In this document: positions 11,021 through 23,020 of the stretch, in pieces | Numbering within the stretch: position 1 is the first letter of the stretch | Layout of the letters: every line of letters starts with the position of its first letter | Source: Squalus acanthias | Taxonomy: Eukaryota | Length of the DNA: 64,000 nt | Assembly: GCA_030390025.1 (NCBI GenBank) | Contig: CM059430.1 | Location: 42,222,001-42,286,000 of the forward strand | Reading direction: 5' to 3' | Notes under the pieces: generated by a model | Told to the model about the DNA's origin: nothing | Seen by the model: only the letters and a program-made list of their open reading frames with translations | The model's database searches: none | Translations under genes and position numbers: made by a program

Positions 11021-14000
11021 AGCATTTGTAATGTTGCTAGTTTTCTAGGTTGGCATGTCTGATTAGTAATTAACTGTGCAAACCCAGGTGGAGATTCTTC
11101 TGCATATTATGTTGGTGGGTCACAGAGGTAAAGGATAATTGTTAACCATGACAATCTGCATTCATGCCAGTTGAAAAAATTGATCAGAAATGACAATTCG
11201 TCCAAGTTAGTATCACTGGCATTTGAGTGATTCTTTCAAACACTTCAGAGCCATGTTGGAACAAAAACCATCAATTATGTGGTTCAAAAAAACCCCCATT
11301 TAAAAACAAGCAGTCCGCAACAGTGAAAGATTGGGATTGAATGATAAATATATTTTGAAAACCTCCATCCTTGACTTCGGGACGCTGGAACCTGCTGGAG
11401 TTCTTAGTCACATCCTGGCAGCTTCCTTTGTCGTTCTGATCGTCCTCCGAAATCGCACCATTGGCATAATGGGATCAATACATTGGCAATTGACTGCGCC
11501 ACTTCTGATTTGCCACTGCACGCTGCGGCGTACTGTAATCCGTTCTCCAGTAAATCCTGGTGTAAATTCGCCACTGGAGGATTGGGGCACACACCGGTAA
11601 AACTTAGGACGTTAGTGGCCAATATTGTCGTTGCAGTAAGGTTCCGGCCAATGACGATTATATTTGTGACCATGTATACTGCTGCGATGTGCTTTCAATT
11701 TTTGGGTAACTGCTTAAAATTTATGTGCAACCTGGCAATTAGTTGATGATGTCGGGGTCCTTTGTGATTAGTTTGTGTGGATTTATAATGAAGACAAGAT
11801 GATCAAAGTGTTAATTTATTTATTAAAACTTCAAATATATGGAACAGAATTTTCATCTCATCAACATTGAATGGGAGCAATGATATTCCTGATGTATTAT
11901 TGGACTGTTATGGCTTAAAAATAAATTTTGAGATACGGTTGCTATACTCTTGATGGAAAGTTGCAAATTGCCATTGTACACATGAAATGCAGTTAACTTA
12001 AGCAACATGCAATACAAGTCCTTGGCACACTTTTCTCAAATCCATGCAATTTTAATCAATACAAGAATGAACATTATTTGTTTGAAGGATCATAATTCTT
12101 CGATCTACTTGTGACATACAAAAATAGAAACATTAAACCTCAAAGTCAGGTACACATACGGTTTTGGGAGCTGTATAAATTCTCTGACATCGTAAGAGTC
12201 ATTTTGTAGAGATTTTGATATTAGTAAGTGAAATATTAATTGTATGTTTATATCCGAGTTGTGCTGAGAGTATTGAATTTTACTGAAGGACCAGTGGTTA
12301 AGCTACAATACGGACACGTGGAAACTCAGGTCATTGTCAAGTGTTACAGTGCATTAGCTGCTGTTCTGCAAAAAAAAATCTTCAGCACTGAGCCAGATCC
12401 ACTTGAAATATACAACTTTCATGAATAGTTGCTTATTGCAGTTTATCCAGTTGTGCGTTCAGACAACTCAAAGCAAAAGTATTTACAAGAATAGACCCGA
12501 GAGAGCTGGCCACCACTCTCCGAAGTGGTGTTCTTCAGTGGAATCTTTTTACATCCTTTGGAAATGTTTGAGTTAAATTCAGTAAAGAGTGGTGATGCTT
12601 CAGTTGGACATACTGTCAGATTACCACTAGTGGAACAAAACACGGTACACTTGTCTAAATCTTTAATTGGAGAGGCTCCAATTTATGGAATTCCCAGTGC
12701 CACGTACCCCTACTGGGGACTAATAAATCTGTGCTGACATGAGTTATTCCTCTTAATGGACCTACTGTAATGTATGCTTGGTGTGTGATTTTAGGTTTTC
12801 ACTACCCAAGTTACTGTAGACATTTTCCTAAATATAAATAATAATGGATTTTTATACATGTATATTGCATACGTTTCCATTAGTTTTTTTTATATGTGCG
12901 TGGAAAAGTCCTGTTTATAAATATACTTTGATACTTTTTACTTCAGTTTTTTAGGAGCTGGGGATAGTTAGATCAACTTTTGTTGCATAATCAAGTTTAG
13001 ATCGTTAAAATAATTTCAGTCTCTGTTTTGTCTCTAGCCTCCTTATTCTGCTGCACTACGTGATGAGGGGAAAATAGTGGTTGAGTGGCCAGCTCCCAGG
13101 CCTCTGCCAATGCTGCTCTTTGTTGCTTGTTGGAGAAATGTGGCAGCAGCCCAAAGGAGAGGAGTCTTCCTAGGATTTCTGTTTCAGCTCTATCGCCCAA
13201 CCACACACTCCCGTAGGACTCCCAACATTCACCGAGCTCCTTCCCACAGAAACACAGCAGTGCCGAGGGAGTTCAAACATGTATCACCACCACTATCCTT
13301 ATTTTACATTTTTAGTGAGTGTTTAGTGAGAATTGTGTCTAGCCTAGCCCTGGCTTCTTACGCCCACTGCCTATTTAAGATTACATGGCACCCAGAACAC
13401 AAAATTGCAGTGCGTGGTATTTTAATGACCGATTCAAAATTATTTTAAGCCTGCAATGCAGCAGCTTTTTAATGTGTTGGATACGGTAGCAGTGTTCACT
13501 GATATTGCTTTGCTGTGAATTGGTCATCACGATATCTTGGGTCTGTGTTTAGAACAGTTTAGAAAGGTTTGTTCAATTCAGTAGTGTAGCATGACGTTTT
13601 CCTATCCGTTCCAAAATACAAGTGCGAATGAAACATTTTCTGCTTATTGCTGATGACGTGGGAGTTGCTTAAAACTTTGGTATTCTCCGACCTATTTAAC
13701 ATTTTGTGTCTATGGTTGTCGTGTAGAAAATTGAAATATTTCTTAAGCGCTTGTTTATTTTCGTGATTTTATTGTTACAAGTACATATGGTAAATACAAC
13801 CAGAAGATTAACTGTTTTCTGACTTAAGTGGAATGTAGAGTGGATTCTTTATACATGAGATAAATTCCGAGGATTGTTTGTGCACACACTGACTTTAACT
13901 ATTGCACCAAGTATTCATGTCATTGTGCCTCCTTACTTGGAAATGAAAACTAAATTCAAATAAATTTCCAGGAGATGAATTGATCTAAAATAATAATGCA

Positions 14001-14442
14001 ACAAGCGCTACAGTGACTCTCAAATCCAATATTTGTACAAATAACTATATATTTTAGCTCCTACCTCTACCAGGTTAACCCATTTGCCCGGAGTGCATAC
14101 AACTTCATGTGACAATAATGGGATTTTATTTTTGCCAGATTTTATGATTCCTAATAATGAGGGTAAATTGGTTTAGAAATGGTATTAGCCAGCTTTACCT
14201 CTGGAGTTTCTGTGTGAAAATTCCATTGTTCTTTGACAAAGTCAGTTTCTGGGTGGCCAATGGCTGGCTGAACCAGTTGGCCCTCAACAGTTTGTCACAG
14301 TGAGTGTCTCTCCTAAAAGCTGCCTTACATTAATTACCCGTGGCAATGATGATCTAAAAATATAATTTTCTCTGTTTTCGGGTGTTGAAAATCAGTCTAA
14401 TTGGGAAGGTGTGAAAACTACCGAGAAGAGATATAATTCTTT

Positions 14443-14660
14443 AGCAACAGAAAACGCTGGAAAAACTCAGCAGGTCAGGCAGCATCCGTGGAGAGAGAAA
14501 CAGAGTTAACGTTTCAGGTCGAAGACCCTTCGTCAGAACTGGAAAAAAGCAGGAAATGAAATAGATTTAAAGCAAGTATAATGCTGGGAAAAGGGGGAGG
14601 GGATGAAAGAACAAAAGGGAAGGTCAGTGGTAGTATAGGAGGCAGGAGAGATTAAGAGAC
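14443..14660 (-). mobile_element. Penelope-like element terminal fragment (family 2)
   Basis: GCTGGAAAAACTCAGCAGGTCAGGCAGCATC...GAGAGAGAAACAGAGTTAACGTTTCAGGTC is shared with the 32476 and 43558 copies; it contains the hammerhead motif. Confidence 0.7.
14504..14540 (-). ncRNA. Minimal hammerhead ribozyme motif, second Penelope-like family
   Basis: Reverse complement reads AGTT-CTGACGA-A-GGGTC(TTC)GACCT-GAAA-CG-TT-AACT: stem I AGTT/AACT, palindromic ACGT stem III. Confidence 0.75.
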
Positions 14661-14978
14661 ATTGAGAGACATTAAGAGATATTCAAGGCAAGAGGAGAAT
14701 CGTATCACTCTTTAGCTCTGCTTCTATGAGGTATTGTACTGTATAGTATCTCGTCTAGCTTTCTGCTTTTGTCTAATTGATCTGTAAATAAATTGTGATA
14801 GTAGTCTGTACACAGTGGTCTAGTGATGTTGTATTTCCCTTCTTCTGAGGTGACAGGAAAGTGTTGGACATCCCTTGTACTCTCCAGTAAGCGTCTTGCT
14901 GTGATCAGAGTTCATTATTAGACCTGGGGTACCTTAACCCACGCATGGCTGAGATTTTTGTTTCTAAGAGGATCGGCC

Positions 14979-15279
14979 GACAAAGTAACTACTTAAACTA
15001 AGGTTTCTTAGTTTTTTTTTTATCTCGACTCCGTATAAATTTCCTTTTGGTGAGACTATTGTAATCGCCCAAATACCCATTTTATCACGAATGCCACTCT
15101 CGGCCTACTTATGGGAACTGTTGTCAAGCTGTAAACATAAAAGGTGGCTGTGTCCCTCACCTCAGTGGTATTAGTGATAAAATGGGTAGTTAGGTGATTA
15201 CAATAGTCTCACCAAAAGGAGATTTACAAAAAGTTGAGATAAACTAAGGTTTCTTATTTTTTTAAGTAGTTACTTTGTC
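14979..15279. mobile_element. Foldback/palindromic MITE with long inverted arms
   Basis: GACAAAGTAACTACTTAAA pairs with TTTAAGTAGTTACTTTGTC; TCCTTTTGGTGAGACTATTGTAATC pairs with GATTACAATAGTCTCACCAAAAGGA. Confidence 0.7.
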
Positions 15280-15979
15280 CCGAGTGAGTTTCAGCGCGAA
15301 GCTGGCAGCAGAGAGCAGTGTGCAGTTTGACATTCACAGCAAAGTTTTAAAGGTGTTTGCGACTTGCAGTTCCATGCACTTTGAAACCCTATTCTCGGCC
15401 GTGCTGCTGACTGAAATGAAATATACAGCTTGCCGGCAGTTATTAGTGCAAGCTTCATAAAAGGTGTAGGACCCAAAGGTACATAGCACCACACAACAAC
15501 TAAGTCCTGCTGTATTTCAAGTTTTTTATATATTTATGTATAAACTACGCTGTAGTCTGTGGTTTGGCAGATATTTCCAACCCTATCGAGCATCTTTCCT
15601 TTTGATTTTTGTCGCCCTCTGCTTCTTGATGTAAATTAAGGCTGATTGGCTGCTGCCAGGGCTCTGCCATATATCTTGGAGAATTACGTGTTTTATCCAC
15701 TAGGGTGACGGGATGCCTCTTTCAGCTGAGACATCAGTGAATATCATCATTACTGCTCTTTTTGCAAGAAGCACGCTTGAGCATTGTACGAAGGGGAGCT
15801 GATTAAACAGAAGTCATTTTTATTAAATTGTTTCCAAGTGAAATTCTACAATGCAGGTCTGTGATGGTGAAGTGTTAAGGAACTTGTATACTACACCTCA
15901 TGGGATTGCCAGCAGGATGGTGACATGATTTCAATCAGTGTTAGATTCTGTGGAGAAGAGAATTCAAAGAAATGAATTA

Positions 15980-17062
15980 CAGGAAACTCTTTGGTATCCG
16001 GCACCTACGGGACCAGGATGGTGCCGGTTTATTAAAAATTCCGGATAACGGAGATGTATACCTACCAAGGTACGAAAGCCCCGTTACACGGCCACAGATC
16101 CAGGAGTCCCTGTTACACGGCCACAGGTGCAGAAACCCCGGTTACACAGCCACAGATTCAGGAGTCCCTGTTACACGGCCACAGATCCAGGAGCCCCGGT
16201 TACACGACCACAGGTGCAGAAACCCCGGTTACACGGCCACAGGTGCAGAAACCCCGGTTACACGGCCACAGATCCAGGAGCCCCGGTTACACGGCCACAG
16301 GTGCAGAAACCCCGGTTACACGGCCACAGCTGCAGAAACCCCGGTTACACGGCCACAGATCCAGGAGCCCCGGTTACACGGCCACAGGTGCAGAAAACCC
16401 CGGTTACACGACCACAGGTGCAGAAACCCCGGTTACACGACCACAGGTGCAGAAACCCCGGTTACACGACCACAGGTGCAGAAACCCCGGTTACACGACC
16501 ACAGGTGCAGAAACCCCGGTTACACGACCACAGGTGCAGAAACCCCGGTTACACGACCACAGGTGCAGAAACCCCGGTTACACGGCCACAGGTGCAGAAA
16601 CCCCGGTTACACGGCCACAGATCCAGGAGCCCCGGTTACACGACCACAGGTGCAGAAACCCCGGTTACACGGCCACAGGTGCAGAAACCCCGGTTACACG
16701 GCCACAGGTGCAGGAACCCCGGTTACACGGCCACAGATCCAGGAGTCCCTGTTACACGGCCACAGGTGCAGAAACCCCGGTTACACAGCCACAGATTCAG
16801 GAGTCCCTGTTACACGGCCACAGGTGCAGAAACCCCGGTTACACGGCCACAGGTGCAGAAACCCCGGTTACACGGCCACAGGTGCAGAAAACCCGGTTAC
16901 ATGGCCACAGATCCAGGAGCCCCGGTTACACGACCACAGGTGCAGAAACCCCGGTTACACGGCCACTAATATACAGTAAAACTTACCTGAACCTACTCCT
17001 GAATTTTGCCGGTTAATAGAGAATTCCGGATATTTAGGTGCCGTTTAAACGAGAGTTTCTTG
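15980..17062. mobile_element. Tigger-like MITE, family A (opposite orientation), containing a minisatellite
   Basis: TA|CAGGAAACTCTTTGGTATCCGGCAC ... GTGCCGTTTAAACGAGAGTTTCTTG|TA. 15980-16070 is the reverse complement of ~663-753. Confidence 0.8.
16074..16966. repeat. 29-bp minisatellite, ~31 copies (GAAACCCCGGTTACACGRCCACAGGTGCA and variants)
   Basis: Period of 29 seen directly (e.g. 16441 and 16470); variant units contain ATCCAGGAGC or ATTCAGGAGTCCCTG. Confidence 0.97.
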
Positions 17063-17064
17063 TA

Positions 17065-17660
17065 CATAGAATCTACAACAAAGCAACAGTCATTCGGCCC
17101 AACTGGTCTATGCCAGTGTTTATACTCCACACAAGAATCTTCCCACTCTAATTACCCTTTCTCACCCTCTCCCCATGTGTTTCTATTCCCTTTTACATCG
17201 TATGCATCAAACCTCCCCTTAAATGTGTCAGTGCTACCTGCTTCAGCCACTCAATGTGGCAGTGAGTTTGGCATTTCTCAATTCTTTATTTGATCTGTTA
17301 GTGGCTACCTTATATTGATTTCCCCCCCCCCCCCCCTCCTTCCCTTGTTCTGGACTCCACCACAAGTGGAAACAGTTTCTCCATGTCCTCCTTATCAAAC
17401 ACCTTCATACTTTTAAAGATCTCGATCAGGTCTTCTCTTCTCCAGAGGTAAAGCCCCAGCCTGCTCAATCTTTCCTGACAGCTGGATCCTCTCAATTCTG
17501 GTAACCTCCTTGTAAATCTTTTCTGTACATTCTCCAGTGCTTCAATATCTTTTTTTTGTAGTATGGAGATCAGAACTGCATACAGTACTCCGTGTGGTCT
17601 AACCAAGATTCTATATAAATTTAACATTACTTCCCTGCTTTTGTATTCTATTCCTCTGAT
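17065..17660 (-). mobile_element. CR1 LINE 3' fragment
   Basis: KKDIEALENVQKRFTRRLPELRG..ERLSRLGL motif on the minus strand. Confidence 0.9.
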
Positions 17661-18359
17661 TAGAAAATCAGGAAAGATTTTAAAAAGGGAAGTGAAATAG
17701 AGAAGAAAATAAAAATTATATTGGGGAGCACAAGAATGCTAATGTAGAAAGTTAGTAAAGAAAGAATGGGAGTGGGTGGGAAAGTAATGTGAATGCAAAA
17801 TGGGGGGAAAAATTAAGATTTAAAAAAAATGAAAACCAACATTCTTTTAGGAAAAATGGCTTGCTGCTTGGCAGATGGCCACACTGAAACACCACTTGGA
17901 TTATCTGCTATTTTTATTAGCTTGGATCAAGTTTTGGATCAGGGAATCGAGCCAGATTCCCTGATTTGTTCTGGGCTCAGCAACCTGTCATTTTTGGCTT
18001 GCCTACCTGTACAAACCCCCAAATAGTCAGACACAAATACACAAAGGTGCAAAATAACACTCAAAATCTCTAGTGCACTCAAAATATTAAATTTATATAT
18101 CACGTCAGTATGTGAATCCCCAGTCTTTGAATATGCTTATGGAGTGAATATTTTCAAGTGTTTAAGGCCAATGGCATTCCAAGAGCTGGAATTTTAGACC
18201 GTTGGTCGGCAGGATCAGTTATTATCGAATGCCGTAGTTCTGACCAGACCAGCAAGCTGTAAAACATCCATTATCCTTCAAGTCATTTAGAAAAATCTCA
18301 GAGAATCCTCTGTCTACAGATTTGAGCATTTAATTTGAGCAGACACTTCAGGGCAATGT

Positions 18360-18690
18360 TGAGAGAGTTCTGCCTTGTTGAAGATGCAACATTAACCTTA
18401 GACTCTGTCTACCTGTTCAGGTGAACATAAAAGATCACACAGCACTTTTTGAAGAGCGGAGAAACGGTCCAAGCCAACATTCCTCCCTCAACCAACACTA
18501 CCCCATATACAGATTTTTTAGTCATTCATTCATTATTTGTGGAAACTAGTTCGGCACAAGTTGGCTGTTGTGCTTGCCTACATAAAAACAGTGACTGCAT
18601 TTAAAAAAAACTTAATTGCTTGTAAAGTGTTTTGGGACATCTCGAAGAATGTGATGAGGCACTACGTAAATGCAAGTTCTTTTCTTTCTT
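18360..18690 (+). mobile_element. Degenerate SacSINE1/DeuSINE
   Basis: CAGGTGAACATAAAAGATC...AACAGTGACTGCATTT...TAAATGCAAGTTCTTT. Further tail-only fragments at ~9690-9800, 31870-31970, 45345-45445 and 62230-62310. Confidence 0.65.
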
Positions 18691-18997
18691 ACCGGTAGAT
18701 GTAATTGCATAATAGCACTATTCATAGGGCATCTATTTTGTTACAGCACAGAGCAGTATGCAGGCACCTCTATTAATGGGAAAATTTTAAGATTTGATGA
18801 TTCGATTTAGGGGTAAGAGAAATTTATTTACTAACCATTTTAAAGCAAATTGTAGGATCAAGTTGGATTTATGTGCAACACAGTTTTGAGGACATAATCC
18901 TGTAACACAGTAGCAAGCATTTTGAAAACGGAGTTGAATTTCTATGCCGAATTTAAAAAAAAAATCTAAAAGCTTTGTAATCTGCAGATTTTAATTT

Positions 18998-19978
18998 TTT
19001 CTCATCTATATGCTGCCCCTTGGCGACATCATCCGAAAACACAGCGTCAGTTTCCACATGTATGTTAACGACACCCAGCTCTACCTCAGCACCACGTCTC
19101 TCGACCCCTCCACAGTCTCTAAATTGTCAGACTGCTTGTCCGACATCCAGTACTGGATGAGCAGAAATTTTCTCCAACTAAATATTGGGAAGACCGAAGC
19201 CATTGTCTTCGGGCCCCGCCACAAGCTCTGTTCCCTAGCCACCGACTCCATCCCTCTCCCTGAGGCTGAACCACACTGTTTGCAACCTTGGTGTCATATT
19301 TGACCCTGAACTGAGCTTCCAACCACATATCCGCAGCATAACTAAGACCGCCTATTCCCACCTCTGTAACATTGCCCGTCTCCGCCCCAGCCTCCGCTCA
19401 TCCGCTGCTGAAACCCTCATCCATGCTTCTGTTACTTCTAGACTCGACCATTCCAACACACTCCTGGCTGGCCTCCCACATTCTACCCTACGTAAACTTG
19501 AGGTCATCCAAAACTCGGCTGCCTGTGTCCTAACCCGCACCAAGTCCCGTTCACCCATCACCCCTGTGGTCGCTGACCTACATTGGCTCACGGTTAAGCA
19601 ACACCTTGATTTCAAAATTCTCATCTTTGTTTTCAAATCCCTCCCTATCTCTGCAATCTCCTTCAGTCCCCCCCCCCCCCCCCTGAGATATCTTCGCTTC
19701 TCAAATTCTGCCCTCTTGAACATCCCTGATTATAATCGCTCAACCATAGCTGGCCGTGCCTTCAGCTGCCTAGGCCCTAAGCTCTGGAACTCCCTCCCTA
19801 AACCTCTCCGCCTTTAAGACGCTCCTTAAAACCTACCTCTTTGACCAAGCTTTTGGTCATCTGCCCTAATTTCTTCTGTGGCTCGGTGTCAATTTTTTGT
19901 CTTATAACACTCCTGTGAAGCGCCTTTGGACGTTTTACTATGATAAAGGTGCTATATAAATACAAGTTGTTGTTGTTG
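18998..19978 (+). mobile_element. L2 LINE 3' fragment
   Basis: MLPLGDIIRKHSVSFHMYVNDTQLY, LQLNIGKTE, LHWL, GRAFS..PKLWNSLP; tail (GTT)n. Confidence 0.92.
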
Positions 19979-21359
19979 AATAAAATAGCACAATTTAATT
20001 TCAATACTTTAATGTATACAAAGATGTTACATATCATATACATAACAACAGTAAATAATGACAAAAAACATGTTTTGTACCCTTTCTGACCCTAACATCT
20101 AACTGCAATTTGAATGCATTTACATGATCATTTTTGCTAACTTACCTGGCAAATTATTCCAAACAGTTATCTGTATCACTCTTGGAGTAAAGAATTCTTC
20201 TGATATCTATATGATTAGCGTGACACGTTAAATTTGTCTCAACAACCAAAGAAAGTCAAATGATATGCTTTTCTTATTGGCTCAGATACACAGTTGAAGC
20301 ATACTGATTCACCTGAAATCTGTGTCCACAAAGATCCCACTGAAAAGCAATCACCTGAAAGGTAGAAAATTCATCCAGTCACATCACTTGTACTTATTTT
20401 TTCAAAGTGGTTCTTAGCTGCCATTTTTATTTCTGACCCAGCTGAATATAGTGTCATATAAATAACATTTGTCAGATAGTAAACTGATAATCTTATAATT
20501 CTGCCTAAAGTTGCGACAGTTATCCATAAGTTTGCCTGTATAGTGTTTCACGTTTGCACAGGCCTACCTTCCTCATGACGGAATGTCTATTGACACCACT
20601 GTCAGCCAATGAGTAGGAAGCGGGGCGAGACGTACGACAGGACCTGCAGCAAACCGCGTAGCAAACAGAGTATTTAAAAAGAGTCTACGAACTGCAGTAA
20701 ACAAAACTTCTGCATGACTGAAACAACAGAAACTACTCCCGATAACAACGCGGTGATTTCTCCAGCAAAATGCAGTGAGTGGAGGATAGTTATATAATGC
20801 AAATTGAGTGTAAGATCAATCCCAGTCACCATATGCAGCCCTGTCATGAATCATTTGAACTTTTCCTTCTCGCCTGCATCTTGATTTCTCCTTGTGGCCT
20901 TTGTTCCCCATTTATTTACCGTATAGTCCGACACAATCAAACGTGTGATTGAGCTTGACTTTGGTTACTACGGTACTTATGTTAATTTAAAAATAAATGC
21001 CCGTTGTATTTTTTTCTTCTTTCCTCCTTTCCCTATCCTTATGCTTTGGTCTTTCTCTCTCCAGATAAATGTCCTACTTTTTTGTTCTACTGTTAAAGTT
21101 TGGTCCAATCACACTTGCACAATTATCCCAACTTTTGTTCACATGAGCTTGGTCACCACTGTCCTTTCAATCTGTGAGCAACACCACAGGAGATGGACTC
21201 ATCCTTTTGTTGTAAATTAATATTTCACTTATTCAAATGTATATCTTCTGGCCCTACTAACCTGTTTAATTTTGAAGTAATAATCTGGATTTACTTAACC
21301 TGTATTCATTTAATATACTTTGATGAGTTCCACCCTCTTAAATTTCTAGACTGTACAGA

Positions 21360-23020
21360 TTGAACTTCTGTCATTTTTCCTCCTCATTTGTCCCCATTAC
21401 ACTTGGGATCATTCTTGGGTTTTTTCTCCTCTGCATCCTCTATAATGTATGCACATCTTTTTTGTGGTGTGGTGGACACAAGTGTGGTCTGAAACTTTTA
21501 CATAACCTTTTGAAGACCTGTAGTCTTGTTCTGGCTATGTATTCCAACATTCTGTTTGCTTTTATAATTATAATTGTGCAGACATTGAAAGTGACGTATC
21601 ACTCCCAGTCCCTTTCTGTGACCCCTAGTTGGTTCTCTTCTATTGATTGCATAATTCGAACACTATTTTTTGAATAACATGCAATACATTTGTCAGAACT
21701 AAATTTCATTGCCATTTCTCTATCCAAGTAAATACATTTTTCGGCAAATCCTTAACTGTATCCTCCTGTCTCTGTTGCTCTCATTAATTAGTCTTGTCTG
21801 CAAATTTGACAAGCTTACAATTGGTCATTAGTACAGGTTATTAGCGTAGATTAGAAACTACAAGGGTTCCAGCACTGATCCCTCCAGGACACCCAATCAG
21901 TGTCACCCTCTGACTGACACTACGGCCGCGATTTTCTGTTCGGTGTCGGGATGGGTGCGGGTCAGCTGGTTTCCGGGTCCTGCCCCCAGCTGCCTCCGCT
22001 CCACAGACGTGATTTTCCCTTGATTGGCCTTGTTAAGCCTGCTCTGTGGGCTTAACGGCCAATTAACAGGAAGCGGGTCTGATGACGTCATTTGATGACG
22101 CACCATCTGCCGATTTCCTTAAAGGGACCATGCACAATTTGATTTTGACAGTTGATTTCTCAGTGTTTGACAGCATTGAGGTGCTGAAAACGCTGACATT
22201 CACTGCACAATGGTGACCTCTGCACCCAGGCTCTCCAATGACTCCCTCCATATGCTGGATTAGATGGCAGCTGCAGGTGAGATGACAGAAGCGATCTGTC
22301 ACTGGTGAGAGAGGTTCTCCCAATGAGGTGGCACTGGACATATAGTTGGATTTAAAAACTTGTAAGCTAAAGAAATCTGTATGTTTTAAAAATGCAGTAA
22401 TCAACATTTTCTTTGTTCTGAAACTCACCGTGTGCAACATTGCATCCTTCACACCACTTCTGCAGCTGTCATCTTTTCACAAACATTACAGCAGACTCAA
22501 CACGCCACACTTAGCTGACTTCGTGAAACCCGACCCAGAAGCGGGAAAATCGAAAAACTGGCTGAAAACTACTTACAAGTACCTGTTAATAGGCAGGTAA
22601 TTGCCTTTTAATTCGTTTCCCGCCGCTAGGTGTCTGGTCCATTCGCAAATCGGGGACCTGACACTTGGGAAGGCTGTTTGGAGGCGGGTTCGGGACCCGC
22701 CGTCAATCAAAAGGACTTTAACCTCTGACCCGCCTCTCTGAGCGCCGGCAAAATCGCGGCCTACATTTCTCACACAGTACTCGCGCCTATTTTTTTCTAT
22801 TTCTATTTCTCGAACTTCATATCCAGTCCCATGTTCCAACCTGAATTTCCAATGGCTTTTAGTTTATCTAGATGTAATTTGTGTGGAACTTTTGTCAAAT
22901 GCTTTCTGAAACTCAAAATAAACAATATCACGAGGTTCATAATCTAATTTTTTGTAACATCCTCAAAGAAGTCAAACAGGTTTATTGGACAAGCTTTGCC
23001 TCTTCTAAATCCAAGCTATC
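21360..23020 (-). mobile_element. Old CR1 RT fragment split by a Harbinger-like insertion
   Basis: Minus-strand remnants VYFEFQKAFDK (~22890-22923), GVLEGSVLEP (~21865-21894) and KFADKT (~21790-21807). Confidence 0.6.
21924..22761. mobile_element. Non-autonomous PIF/Harbinger-like DNA transposon
   Basis: TIR GGCCGCGATTTT / AAAATCGCGGCC; 3-bp TSD TAC/TAC; inserted within an old CR1. Confidence 0.75.

Noticed and set aside
16074-16966. CRISPR-like array
   Set aside because: The units are contiguous with no unique spacers, there are no cas genes, and the context is a vertebrate intron.
15972-17016. Three long ORFs (335, 320 and 280 aa) as a repeat-protein gene
   Set aside because: They are a by-product of a stop-free 29-bp tandem repeat inside a MITE. 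All three frames are equally open and there is no splice or domain evidence.
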